In this document: one piece after another, positions 1 through 7,361 of the stretch | How the letters are laid out: each line of letters opens with the position of its first letter | Numbering within the stretch: position 1 is the stretch's first letter | Source of the DNA: an uncultured Desulfobulbia bacterium | GTDB taxonomy: Bacteria > Desulfobacterota > Desulfobulbia > Desulfobulbales > VMSU01 | Direction: 5' to 3' | DNA: 37,804 bases | NCBI GenBank assembly: GCA_964608155.1 | Contig: CAZSOB010000002.1 | Coordinates: 1 to 37,804, forward strand | The notes under the pieces: model-generated | The model's database searches: none | Told to the model about the DNA's origin: nothing | Seen by the model: only the letters and a program-made list of their open reading frames with translations | Translations under genes and position numbers: made by a program

Positions 1-2
1 CT

Positions 3-59
3 GATGTCATAAAAACTTACCGGCTCATCAGCCTGGCGGATAACAAAGAAAAATGGTAA
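3..59 (+). CDS. Probable 3' end of an upstream gene (partial; ...DVIKTYRLISLADNKEKW*)
   Basis: The frame is open from the window edge to TAA 57-59, inside the MITE end. Removing the MITE plus one TSD copy gives ...KEK-TGA overlapping the ATG at 213 (ATGA coupling). Confidence 0.4.
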   Translation, partial: DVIKTYRLISLADNKEKW

Positions 60-207
60 CTGTTTAGCTGCACCCAATCTGCGACCGATAATGCCCTCCA
101 GCATACCGATGTATAGCTGGAGAACATTATCGGCCACATCTCGGGCACATCTAAACAGTTACGATTCATAGTCCTGGGTAGTTTTTGGGCCTTACCTAAA
201 TAGTTAC
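56..207 (+). mobile_element. MITE copy 1 (GTAAC-ended, IS66-like termini, 8-bp TSD)
   Basis: Ends are GTAACTGTTTAG...CTAAATAGTTAC with an internal end-like CTAAACAGTTAC (151-162). Flanking direct repeat GAAAAATG at 48-55 and 208-215. About 87% identical over 107 bp to the reverse complement of 12458-12564. Confidence 0.85.
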
Positions 208-212
208 GAAAA

Positions 213-1238
213 ATGAGCAGCCACTCCCTATCCGTGCCAGCTATACGATTACGTATCCGTAATATCATGCTGATTTTGGCCATTTTTATCGTTCAGGGCT
301 GTGCCCTGCAACGTTCATCGATTCATATTGCCGCTTCAAAGGACTTACCCGATTTTGTCACCATAATTGCCGGCTCTAACGACACACTCCCCTCCCTTGC
401 CGCCCGCTATCTCCACAACCCGGAAAAAAGCTGGATTATCAGCGAGTTTAACAATATTTCATCGGTAAGCGCCGGTCAGGAACTGGTTATACCGCTTGAG
501 CCTTTTGACAAAGCCGGTCTTTCTCGACAAGGGTATCAGACTGTCCCGGTGCTGGCCTATCACAATTTCTCAAATTCTAAAAAGACATTGATGGTGACCC
601 GGAAGGATCATTTTGAACAGCAGATGAAATATCTTAAAGATAATGGCTATACCGTTATTTCCTTGAACGATTTTTTTGATTTTCTGGACTACAGAAAGCA
701 GATACCTGAGAAGTCAGTGGTAATCACCATTGATGACGGCTGGCGAAGTGTTTACGACATTGCTTATCCTATCCTGAAGAAATACCACTATCCGGCCACC
801 TTGTTTGTTTATACGGATCTCATCACCGGGAGCAGAAAAACCTTGAGTTGGCAGCAGATTGCCGAAATGGCGCAAGGCGGCCTTGATATTCAATGCCATA
901 CAAAAACACACCGTGACTTGAATAAGGCGGAAGACCATGAAACATTGCAAAAATATGCCCGGGATATTAATAAAGAGATCACCGCATCGGCCCGGATCAT
1001 TAAAGAAAAGATCAACAAGAAGGTAAAATATTTCGCTTATCCGTATGGTGACACGAACAGGCTGGTAATTGCCTTTCTCAAGAAAAACGGCTACCGGGGC
1101 GCTTTTACGGTAAAACGCCGCAGCAATCCTTTTTTCGTCAATCATTACAGAGTCAACCGCGCTATGGTGTATGGTGATTTTAATTTGCAGGCCTTTAAAC
1201 GTAACCTGAAAGTCTATAGCAATAAGGCACTACGATAA
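213..1238 (+). CDS. LysM-containing polysaccharide deacetylase (CE4/NodB) family lipoprotein
   Basis: Hydrophobic stretch ending in lipobox-like VQGC; LysM-like segment (DTLPSLAARYL...GQELVIP); CE4 motifs LAYH, TIDDGW, HTKTH, FAYPYG. Confidence 0.85.
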   Translation: MSSHSLSVPAIRLRIRNIMLILAIFIVQGCALQRSSIHIAASKDLPDFVTIIAGSNDTLPSLAARYLHNPEKSWIISEFNNISSVSAGQELVIPLEPFDKAGLSRQGYQTVPVLAYHNFSNSKKTLMVTRKDHFEQQMKYLKDNGYTVISLNDFFDFLDYRKQIPEKSVVITIDDGWRSVYDIAYPILKKYHYPATLFVYTDLITGSRKTLSWQQIAEMAQGGLDIQCHTKTHRDLNKAEDHETLQKYARDINKEITASARIIKEKINKKVKYFAYPYGDTNRLVIAFLKKNGYRGAFTVKRRSNPFFVNHYRVNRAMVYGDFNLQAFKRNLKVYSNKALR

Positions 1239-2332
1239 TGACTGGCTCCCGCAGAATAAAAACGCATAATCGTCATGCCGCCAAACTTCTCTCAGACCGG
1301 CTTGCACATTGGCTGATTATGGCCTCTCTGATTACTGTGGCCTGCGCAGCCTTTTCAGGATGCGCTTCTTTTTCTCAGGCTCCAGTTTTAAAGGAAGGGA
1401 GATACAGGGTTCTGCCCCTCAAATACCGCAATAAAGCCCTGGCGTATGAGAGCAAAGGGCAGTTACGTCAGGCCCTGTTAAGTTGGCGGATCGTGCAGAG
1501 CTTTTCCCCATTAGATAAGAACATAGCGCAAAAAACAGCCTCATTGGAGAAGAAAACTCAGGCCCGGGCGGCAGCCCATTTTCAAAAAGGGGTGGAATTA
1601 TACCATAAGCGAGCCCTTCGGGCTGCCCGCCGGGAATTTCTTGAAACTCTTATCTATGAACCGGAGCATACCGGGGCCCTTACCTATCTGATGGAAAAAA
1701 TGCAAAGGCCGGTTTTTAAAACGTACAAGGTTAAGGCCGGTGACACGGCAAGGAAAATCGCCGCCAAAGTATATAATGATCCAGACAAAGAGTTTCTTAT
1801 CGCTGATTTCAACCGGATCAACAACGCCCGGACAAAGCTGCCAAGGGGTACAACTCTGCGCCTGGTAATTCTGGGAAATAATTTTTTGGGCAAGACCTTA
1901 GTCGTGAAGAATAAGACCCGCAAAGGTGCCGCAAAAGCCAATCAACTAACTAACGGTAAGAAAACTGCCCGCCAACAAAAAGCTCGAACTGGTACCGGAA
2001 AGCAAGCCGCCAATGTCAGGCGTAACTACGTACGCTATCAAAAGGCCAAAGAATTGCTGGGGCGGGAGGAGTTCCTGGCGGCCTTAGAGTTACTGCGTAC
2101 AATTGACAGTAATTACCGGGAGGTACCTAAACTAATCGCTTTCTCTAAAGTATATCTCAAGCAGGAAGCATACGCCCACTATCAAAGGGGAGTCAGCTAT
2201 TACCTCGCCGAGAAACTGAACATGGCCATCCAGGAATGGCAAGCGGCCCTGCGTTTGAGACCCAACTATCTCAAAGCGAAGCAAGATCTAAAACACGCGA
2301 AACAGTTGTTGCAACAATTACAGAAATATTAA
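1238..2332 (+). CDS. LysM + TPR-repeat lipoprotein
   Basis: Lipobox-like FSGC; TPR-like helices (AHFQKGVELY, HYQRGVSYY...AIQEWQAALRLRPNY); LysM (YKVKAGDTARKIAAKVY). Start overlaps the previous stop; the true start may be slightly downstream. Confidence 0.75.
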   Translation: MTGSRRIKTHNRHAAKLLSDRLAHWLIMASLITVACAAFSGCASFSQAPVLKEGRYRVLPLKYRNKALAYESKGQLRQALLSWRIVQSFSPLDKNIAQKTASLEKKTQARAAAHFQKGVELYHKRALRAARREFLETLIYEPEHTGALTYLMEKMQRPVFKTYKVKAGDTARKIAAKVYNDPDKEFLIADFNRINNARTKLPRGTTLRLVILGNNFLGKTLVVKNKTRKGAAKANQLTNGKKTARQQKARTGTGKQAANVRRNYVRYQKAKELLGREEFLAALELLRTIDSNYREVPKLIAFSKVYLKQEAYAHYQRGVSYYLAEKLNMAIQEWQAALRLRPNYLKAKQDLKHAKQLLQQLQKY

Positions 2333-2364
2333 GACAAGCCGTCACCGGGAGAACATTTCCTTTG

Positions 2365-3156
2365 TCACCCGGCGATTTTCTGTACTGATACCAGAATAAC
2401 GGTAATATTATCCCTCCCTCCCGCTTTGTTGGCCTGGGTTACTAAGGATTCGGCAAGATCAGGGAGGTTAGTTGTTTCCCCCAGAATTCGGGCTATTGTC
2501 TGCTGATCGAGCATGGTGGTAAGTCCATCCGAACATAACAGAAAAACATCACCTGATAATACCTCAATGGAACCAAGAGTAGGTTCTACTTCGAAATCAG
2601 TGCCAATGGCGCGGGTAATAACGTTTCGCATTTGATGTACCCGCATTTCATCTTCGGTGATCTGCCCGGTTTTGTAAAGTTCGTACACTAAGGAGTGGTC
2701 TTCGGTGAGCTGTCGCAATTGCCCATATCGCCAGACATATAACCTGCTGTCGCCAACATGAGCGCTATCGAAACGATTATCTGCGAAATGGGCGGCAACT
2801 AAGGTTGAGCCCATGGTTCGACCGGCAGCTATTTTATGTACCTGGGAATTGGCGAACTGGATGACGCTGCTTAAAATCGGCTTCTCCAGCATATCGGCGG
2901 TCAGACCATAGGGGATGGTGGCATCTTTTGAATCAATGAGATAGTTCATGGCTTTTTCGACATTTTCAACCGTCGACCGACTGGCCTGGACTCCGGCTTC
3001 ATGACCACCCATACCATCGGCCACGCAGAACAGGCTACAGTTTTCCATAATCAGGAAGTTGTCCTCATTGGCTTTGCGAACTTGTCCCTTGTCAGTAATT
3101 CCTGAGTAATGAAGATTAAAAAAATCCGTATGAATGCTGCCATCCAGCCTTTTCAT
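2365..3156 (-). CDS. PP2C-family Ser/Thr phosphatase (PppA/Stp1-like)
   Basis: Motifs TDKGQVRKANED, VADGMGGH, HVGDSRLY, LTEDHS, RNVITRAIG, LLCSDGL, GGRDNIT. Start uncertain (ATG 3156 or 3168; ORF extends to TTG 3192). Confidence 0.93.
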   Translation of the reverse strand: MKRLDGSIHTDFFNLHYSGITDKGQVRKANEDNFLIMENCSLFCVADGMGGHEAGVQASRSTVENVEKAMNYLIDSKDATIPYGLTADMLEKPILSSVIQFANSQVHKIAAGRTMGSTLVAAHFADNRFDSAHVGDSRLYVWRYGQLRQLTEDHSLVYELYKTGQITEDEMRVHQMRNVITRAIGTDFEVEPTLGSIEVLSGDVFLLCSDGLTTMLDQQTIARILGETTNLPDLAESLVTQANKAGGRDNITVILVSVQKIAG

Positions 3157-3477
3157 GCATTTCTCCATCCGCCCCGGATAAACTTGGGGCAATTTCTCTG
3201 AATAAGTATCTTAACCGCAGTCGTAAGGCAATGGACACAACGTCCAAAGTATAAAAACTCGGTACCCTGCTAAAAAACAAATATCGCTTAACTCTTAATT
3301 GTCTGGCTACTTCCGAGCAGATAAGTTGCCCTCCCTGGTCGGGAATAGTATATTATTATGTAGTCAATATTTTTAGGGTTTAAACCGTGGTTTGCCCACA
3401 AATATTTGGCACCAACCTATGAAGCACGGCCAATATTTACGTTTAATACACAAAAATCCGATTGCGCGGGAGGAAAT

Positions 3478-3726
3478 ATGGAACAGGGAAAGGAAACGCA
3501 ATATCTTGAGAAACGTTTCGGTATTATTGCCGTTGAAAATGGATTTATTACAGCCGAACAACTCATAGACGCCCTCAGAGTTCAGATACTGGAAGATGTT
3601 GAAAACGGCAAACACCGGCTTATAGGGAGAATCTTGCTGGAGCAAAGAGTCATGCTCCTGGATCAGATTGATAAAGTTCTGGATATCCTCGGAAAAGGGC
3701 TGCCGTTGTTAAAGGAAACGACCTGA
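3478..3726 (+). CDS. Stand-alone MshEN-like (c-di-GMP-binding) small protein, 82 aa
   Basis: GGAGGAAAT RBS before ATG 3478. RFGIIAVENGFITAEQLIDALRVQ fits the 24-aa MshEN motif RLGxxLLxxGLIxxxxLxxxLxxQ. A second degenerate copy follows (LIGRILLEQRVMLLDQIDKVL). Confidence 0.75.
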   Translation: MEQGKETQYLEKRFGIIAVENGFITAEQLIDALRVQILEDVENGKHRLIGRILLEQRVMLLDQIDKVLDILGKGLPLLKETT

Positions 3727-3792
3727 TACGGCTGGTCATTTCTTTTAGTAATGTTCGACTAAGAACCTGTATTGATCTCAATAAACTTACGG

Positions 3793-3886
3793 CACCAAGG
3801 GGACTGATTTTATTTTTCTCGACTTTTAATTCGGGGACAGAATGATTTTCGCAAAAAAACGCGAAAATCATTCTGTCCCCTTGGTG
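3793..3886. repeat. GGGGAC-type REP-like nested inverted repeat (may also act as a terminator)
   Basis: Perfect 20-bp IR GGGGACAGAATGATTTTCGC (3833-3852)/GCGAAAATCATTCTGTCCCC (3861-3880). A further arm CACCAAGGGGAC (3793-3804) is complementary to 3875-3886. Confidence 0.7.
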
Positions 3887-4022
3887 AAGAGGAGAAATTT
3901 AATCTGTCTACCGGCATAATTCTTTAATGAAGATATGCTTGATAGCAGTATAAACCTGATAATTATTTAATTAAATCCTCATTTGCCATGCAATAAACAG
4001 AATCTCATTAAATGGTAGCTCC

Positions 4023-4058
4023 GTAGGTTGGCGTTGAGCATAGCGAAACCCAACCTAC
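4023..4058. repeat. GTAG-type REP-like palindrome
   Basis: GTAGGTTGG (4023-4031)...CCAACCTAC (4050-4058) flanking CGTTGAGCATAGCGAAAC, in the convergent intergenic gap. Confidence 0.6.
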
Positions 4059-4133
4059 AGGGAGTGATTTAACTAATGCAAATAAGACATCGTTGTGAAA
4101 AACGGTGAAACTTTAACTCCTTATTACGGAAGG

Positions 4134-5060
4134 TTAAATTTTTGCCATGATTTTTTTAAAAAATGACATTGGTTTACTGCCACTCTTGTCGTGTGAAGTT
4201 TTATTTGCTATCCCATCCTCCTGTTTTCCTGGCTGCTCTGTGGCCTCCTCTTCGGAAGGAGCCGCTTCCACCAGACGGCCATTGCCCAGAAATTGGAAAA
4301 ACGGGCCGGCAGGGCTTAAAGCAAGCTTGTCGTTCTGCCCGAGAACAGTTCCCTGACCGGCAGGAATTCCATTTACCGTGATCAGTTGTTGACCGGTGAG
4401 ATCTCTGATCCAATACTGCTCTTCCGCGAAATAAATTTCAGCATGTGATGCCTGGATGCCTGGATGCTCAAGGGAGAAATTATTAGCGGGATTGTTCCCT
4501 ATTCGGAGCGGTAGGTCAAAGGTACGAAGTGTAGGGCCGTACTGAATAATAAGGGGTACTTTGTTCCTCAAAACAGGTGTTACAGCGGCAGGAGGAACTG
4601 AAGCGGGTTGTGGTATCGGCTTTTGAATCTGAGGGGCCGCCTCCGGCACAATGGGTTTTACAATCTCCTCCCTAACTGGAAGAGGCGGGGCCGGCCTTTG
4701 TGTTTCCGGCACGGGCGCTGGGGAGGAAGGAATGGTCTCGCTTATCTCGGTCAGGAAACTGACTTTGGGCCCTCCCTGGGCAATCGTTATGACATCACCA
4801 TCTTTCAGGTAAATCTCCTGTATCCTTTTCCCATTCACCAGGGTTCCATTGGAACTATGGTCAGTCAGCTTGAAACGGTTTCCCTCCCGGGTAATCGTCG
4901 CATGCTCCCTCGAAATAATATTCAGGTCAGCCGGGAAGCAGAGCTGGCAGGAAGCCTGCCGACCGATCTTTATTTCCCGGTCAGACAATTCAAGTATCTG
5001 GCCTTTTAAAGGGCCTTCGATATGAATAAGTTGAACAATTATAACTGGTGCAGTTTTCAT
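4134..5060 (-). CDS. Tandem FHA-domain protein (two FHA domains, Pro-rich linker)
   Basis: FHA1 has IKIGR...ISREHATI...LTDHSSNGTLVNG. FHA2 is degenerate (LRIGN...IQASHAEI...IRDL...ITVNG). No TagH C-terminal domain. Start taken at ATG 5060. Confidence 0.88.
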   Translation of the reverse strand: MKTAPVIIVQLIHIEGPLKGQILELSDREIKIGRQASCQLCFPADLNIISREHATITREGNRFKLTDHSSNGTLVNGKRIQEIYLKDGDVITIAQGGPKVSFLTEISETIPSSPAPVPETQRPAPPLPVREEIVKPIVPEAAPQIQKPIPQPASVPPAAVTPVLRNKVPLIIQYGPTLRTFDLPLRIGNNPANNFSLEHPGIQASHAEIYFAEEQYWIRDLTGQQLITVNGIPAGQGTVLGQNDKLALSPAGPFFQFLGNGRLVEAAPSEEEATEQPGKQEDGIANKTSHDKSGSKPMSFFKKIMAKI

Positions 5061-5207
5061 AATCGGCAATAACTCATGATGTTGAACAACTATTAAGCAT
5101 AAAACCACCAACCAGGCTTAATGCGAAACTCTAACCGGACACCACTGATTTTTTATGGCCGTAATTCAGTTACGATACTTATTGCCAAGCCAGCCGGGTG
5201 CCTGTGT

Positions 5208-5236
5208 GTTGTATCAGCCAGACCTGTTGATGTCAA
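5208..5236 (-). promoter_or_regulatory. Possible sigma70 promoter for the FHA gene
   Basis: Minus strand reads TTGACA-N17-TACAAC, about 150 nt upstream of ATG 5060. The -10 is imperfect. Confidence 0.3.
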
Positions 5237-5306
5237 GCGGGCAGCACAGCATTTGCCCCATAGCGGGAAATTTAATCAGCATGGCTGATTCCTGGTTTTC
5301 TTACTG

Positions 5307-5711
5307 CTATGGAATCTGAGTCGCAGCCTGCCCGGCACTTTTTATCGTAATCACCCCGCCATAGGCACACATCAGGGTCGAGGTGTCGTTTAAGGCCGGC
5401 TGATTGGCAATAAGTACCGTGGGTGATCCCGGGAGCCAGGGTGAGACGGTCGCCGGTACGCATGGTGCAGGGGTGGGCGTATATACCCCGAGGGCCGCCG
5501 AGGTGGCGGCAGAGGTGGCAGCCGCCACGGCCGGGTTTGACTGAGTTGTGCACATCCCGAATGAAATTATGTTTTTTATGGGTACATGATCCATAATTGT
5601 AGCCACGGGTGTCGTCGTTAATACCTTGTTCTCCGGGGTCACCACAAGAGCGCTTGGCGCCGCCCCGAAACTGCATTGCAGCATTGCGCCCATACATACT
5701 TGCATTGCCAT
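5307..5711 (-). CDS. DUF4280 PAAR-like spike tip protein
   Basis: Characteristic GAxLQCSFG, NIISFGMC, PCVPAT..PWLPGSPTVLI..QPALNDTSTLMCAYGGVI. Confidence 0.92.
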   Translation of the reverse strand: MAMQVCMGAMLQCSFGAAPSALVVTPENKVLTTTPVATIMDHVPIKNIISFGMCTTQSNPAVAAATSAATSAALGVYTPTPAPCVPATVSPWLPGSPTVLIANQPALNDTSTLMCAYGGVITIKSAGQAATQIP

Positions 5712-5736
5712 TTGCTATTGTCCTCGCTCAACTGAA

Positions 5737-6228
5737 TTAATTGGAAAGCAGATTAGACGGCCAGTCATAATAGATCACGCCCAAAGCCCAGATCCCGGTG
5801 TTCCACTTGAAGTGCAGCCTTTGCCGCGCATCCACCAATTTGAGATTAGCCGATTTCATAGATAATCCGGGCGGCTTCGGCCCCTTAGGCTCCTTTTCCA
5901 GGCTGCTCCGACTCCGCAATTCTTTTTCACTGACAAAGGCCTTGGCGAAGCGGACAGTACCGTCCTGCAAATTCGTACCGACCAGGATACAGTTGTCTCT
6001 AAGCGGCATATCCCAATCCCGGTCGCCGCTGAATTGGGCAGCCATGATCAGGGGCAGTTTACCGCGGCTGCCGATCTCAATTTCCCAGGGGGCATTGACT
6101 GCCACACCGAAATAATCCTGATCCAGCAACTGCTCCTCGCGCGATTCCAAAACTGACTGGTTCGCACTGAAAAACTCATTTTCATCAAAGTTCAATATAT
6201 TGGCGGCGATATCATTTGCAGAGACCAT
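5737..6228 (-). CDS. Hypothetical protein in the VgrG cargo block
   Basis: 163-aa ORF co-oriented with the operon, GACAGGAT before the ATG, no signal peptide or recognised domain. Confidence 0.65.
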   Translation of the reverse strand: MVSANDIAANILNFDENEFFSANQSVLESREEQLLDQDYFGVAVNAPWEIEIGSRGKLPLIMAAQFSGDRDWDMPLRDNCILVGTNLQDGTVRFAKAFVSEKELRSRSSLEKEPKGPKPPGLSMKSANLKLVDARQRLHFKWNTGIWALGVIYYDWPSNLLSN

Positions 6229-6264
6229 ATCCTGTCATTGTCCAGGCCTAAGGCTTGGTTATTT

Positions 6265-6434
6265 GTAACTGTTCAGCAGCACCCCATCTTCGCCCATTTA
6301 GTACCTTCTCGAATACCAAAGTATGCTTCGAAGTCCTAAATGAACAGGAAAGCGCAGACTCCGAACCTGGGGTGCAGCTGAACAGTTACGCTCTGGGGCT
6401 ATCGTTACTTTTAGGCATCACGCTGAATAGCTAC
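6265..6434 (+). mobile_element. MITE copy 2 (longer core, 8-bp TSD)
   Basis: 21-bp IR with 1 mismatch (6265-6285/6369-6389), then a 45-nt tail ending CTGAATAGCTAC. TSD GGTTATTT at 6257-6264 and 6435-6442. Confidence 0.85.
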
Positions 6435-6436
6435 GG

Positions 6437-7327
6437 TTATTTTACCAAATTTTTTATTTGCAATAACTCTTCATCTGTATAGATCCTCTCCGCCCCCGTC
6501 GCAAAGGGAGGAGTAAGTTTTAACAGCGCAATTAGAGTATCAACGGCCTGATCACACACCCGCCGATATCGCGGGTTGTACTGGGTTCCTATAGTTACAG
6601 CGGCTTCTTTATCGGCAAGAAGCGGTTTGGTATTATCAGCGAATTTGATATTATTGATATAAATGAGTTGGGCTAAGGCCTCATAGCGGGTATGAGGGTT
6701 TTGGGATGCCAGCTTAGAGAGATGTGCCTTAAGGTATTCGGGTTGTCCGAGTTTGGCCAATGCCAGCCGGGCGTTTTTTGCCGCGTCGTCATCTCTTCCC
6801 ACCAGCCCAAGCAGGACTTGGACGGAAGCCTCACCCGGCAGACGACCCGCCGATAGTGCCAGAAGCGCGCAGATATTCTCTTCAGAGCACGCCGTTAGTT
6901 CATTTAAAATACCATGAAGGGCACTAAGCGGTGGATTCTTGGATAATTGACCCGCCGCCGCCAGACTCACATTAATGTGTTTATCAGCCAAACCGGCCAG
7001 CAATATTTTGCCTGCCGCCTCTCCGCCCAGCTGTCCAGCGCAAACCATGGCTATCTGGCGGGATCGAAAGTCCTTCATTTTGGCCCCCTCCTTTACGGCG
7101 GGCCATGCCGCTTCTCCCATTTGTCTTGTTAGTTCAACGGCCTGCCAGTCACCTTGGGCAATCATATTTTTTAGTTCTTTCTCGTTTGACATACCATCAG
7201 CCTCACTTTTTGTCCTCGATATTTTCTCCCCGGGCGGGAAGTGATCCATAGAAATACATTGGGTTCCAAAGCCTATAAGTACTAACAGACAAGCTGTCGC
7301 CAAAAAAACATTTTTCCGTAACTCCAT
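6437..7327 (-). CDS. Exported HEAT-repeat protein, candidate periplasmic immunity protein
   Basis: N-terminal signal (MELRKNVFLATACLLVLIGFGTQC); HEAT-like repeats (LLAGLADKHINVSLAAAGQL, NPHTRYEALAQL, LLADKE..RVCDQAVDTL). Lies directly after the peptidase effector candidate. Confidence 0.7.
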   Translation of the reverse strand: MELRKNVFLATACLLVLIGFGTQCISMDHFPPGEKISRTKSEADGMSNEKELKNMIAQGDWQAVELTRQMGEAAWPAVKEGAKMKDFRSRQIAMVCAGQLGGEAAGKILLAGLADKHINVSLAAAGQLSKNPPLSALHGILNELTACSEENICALLALSAGRLPGEASVQVLLGLVGRDDDAAKNARLALAKLGQPEYLKAHLSKLASQNPHTRYEALAQLIYINNIKFADNTKPLLADKEAAVTIGTQYNPRYRRVCDQAVDTLIALLKLTPPFATGAERIYTDEELLQIKNLVK

Positions 7328-7361
7328 ATCTTCTTACCCCCGTCACATTCTGTTCCTGATT

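Noticed and set aside
151-207. 12-bp direct repeats separated by 33 nt (also 6378-6434 and 12413-12469), resembling a mini-CRISPR
   Set aside because: Only two short repeats per site, the spacers are related to each other, and there are no cas genes. Explained as MITE ends.
17-283. Short ORFs 17..283(-), 6255..6482(+) and 3650..3871(-)
   Set aside because: They coincide with MITE or REP palindromes, which often give spurious open frames.
3370-3405. GGGCAAACC on the minus strand, suggesting a c-di-GMP-I riboswitch
   Set aside because: The downstream GAAA tetraloop stem and GGGACGCAAAGC elements are absent.
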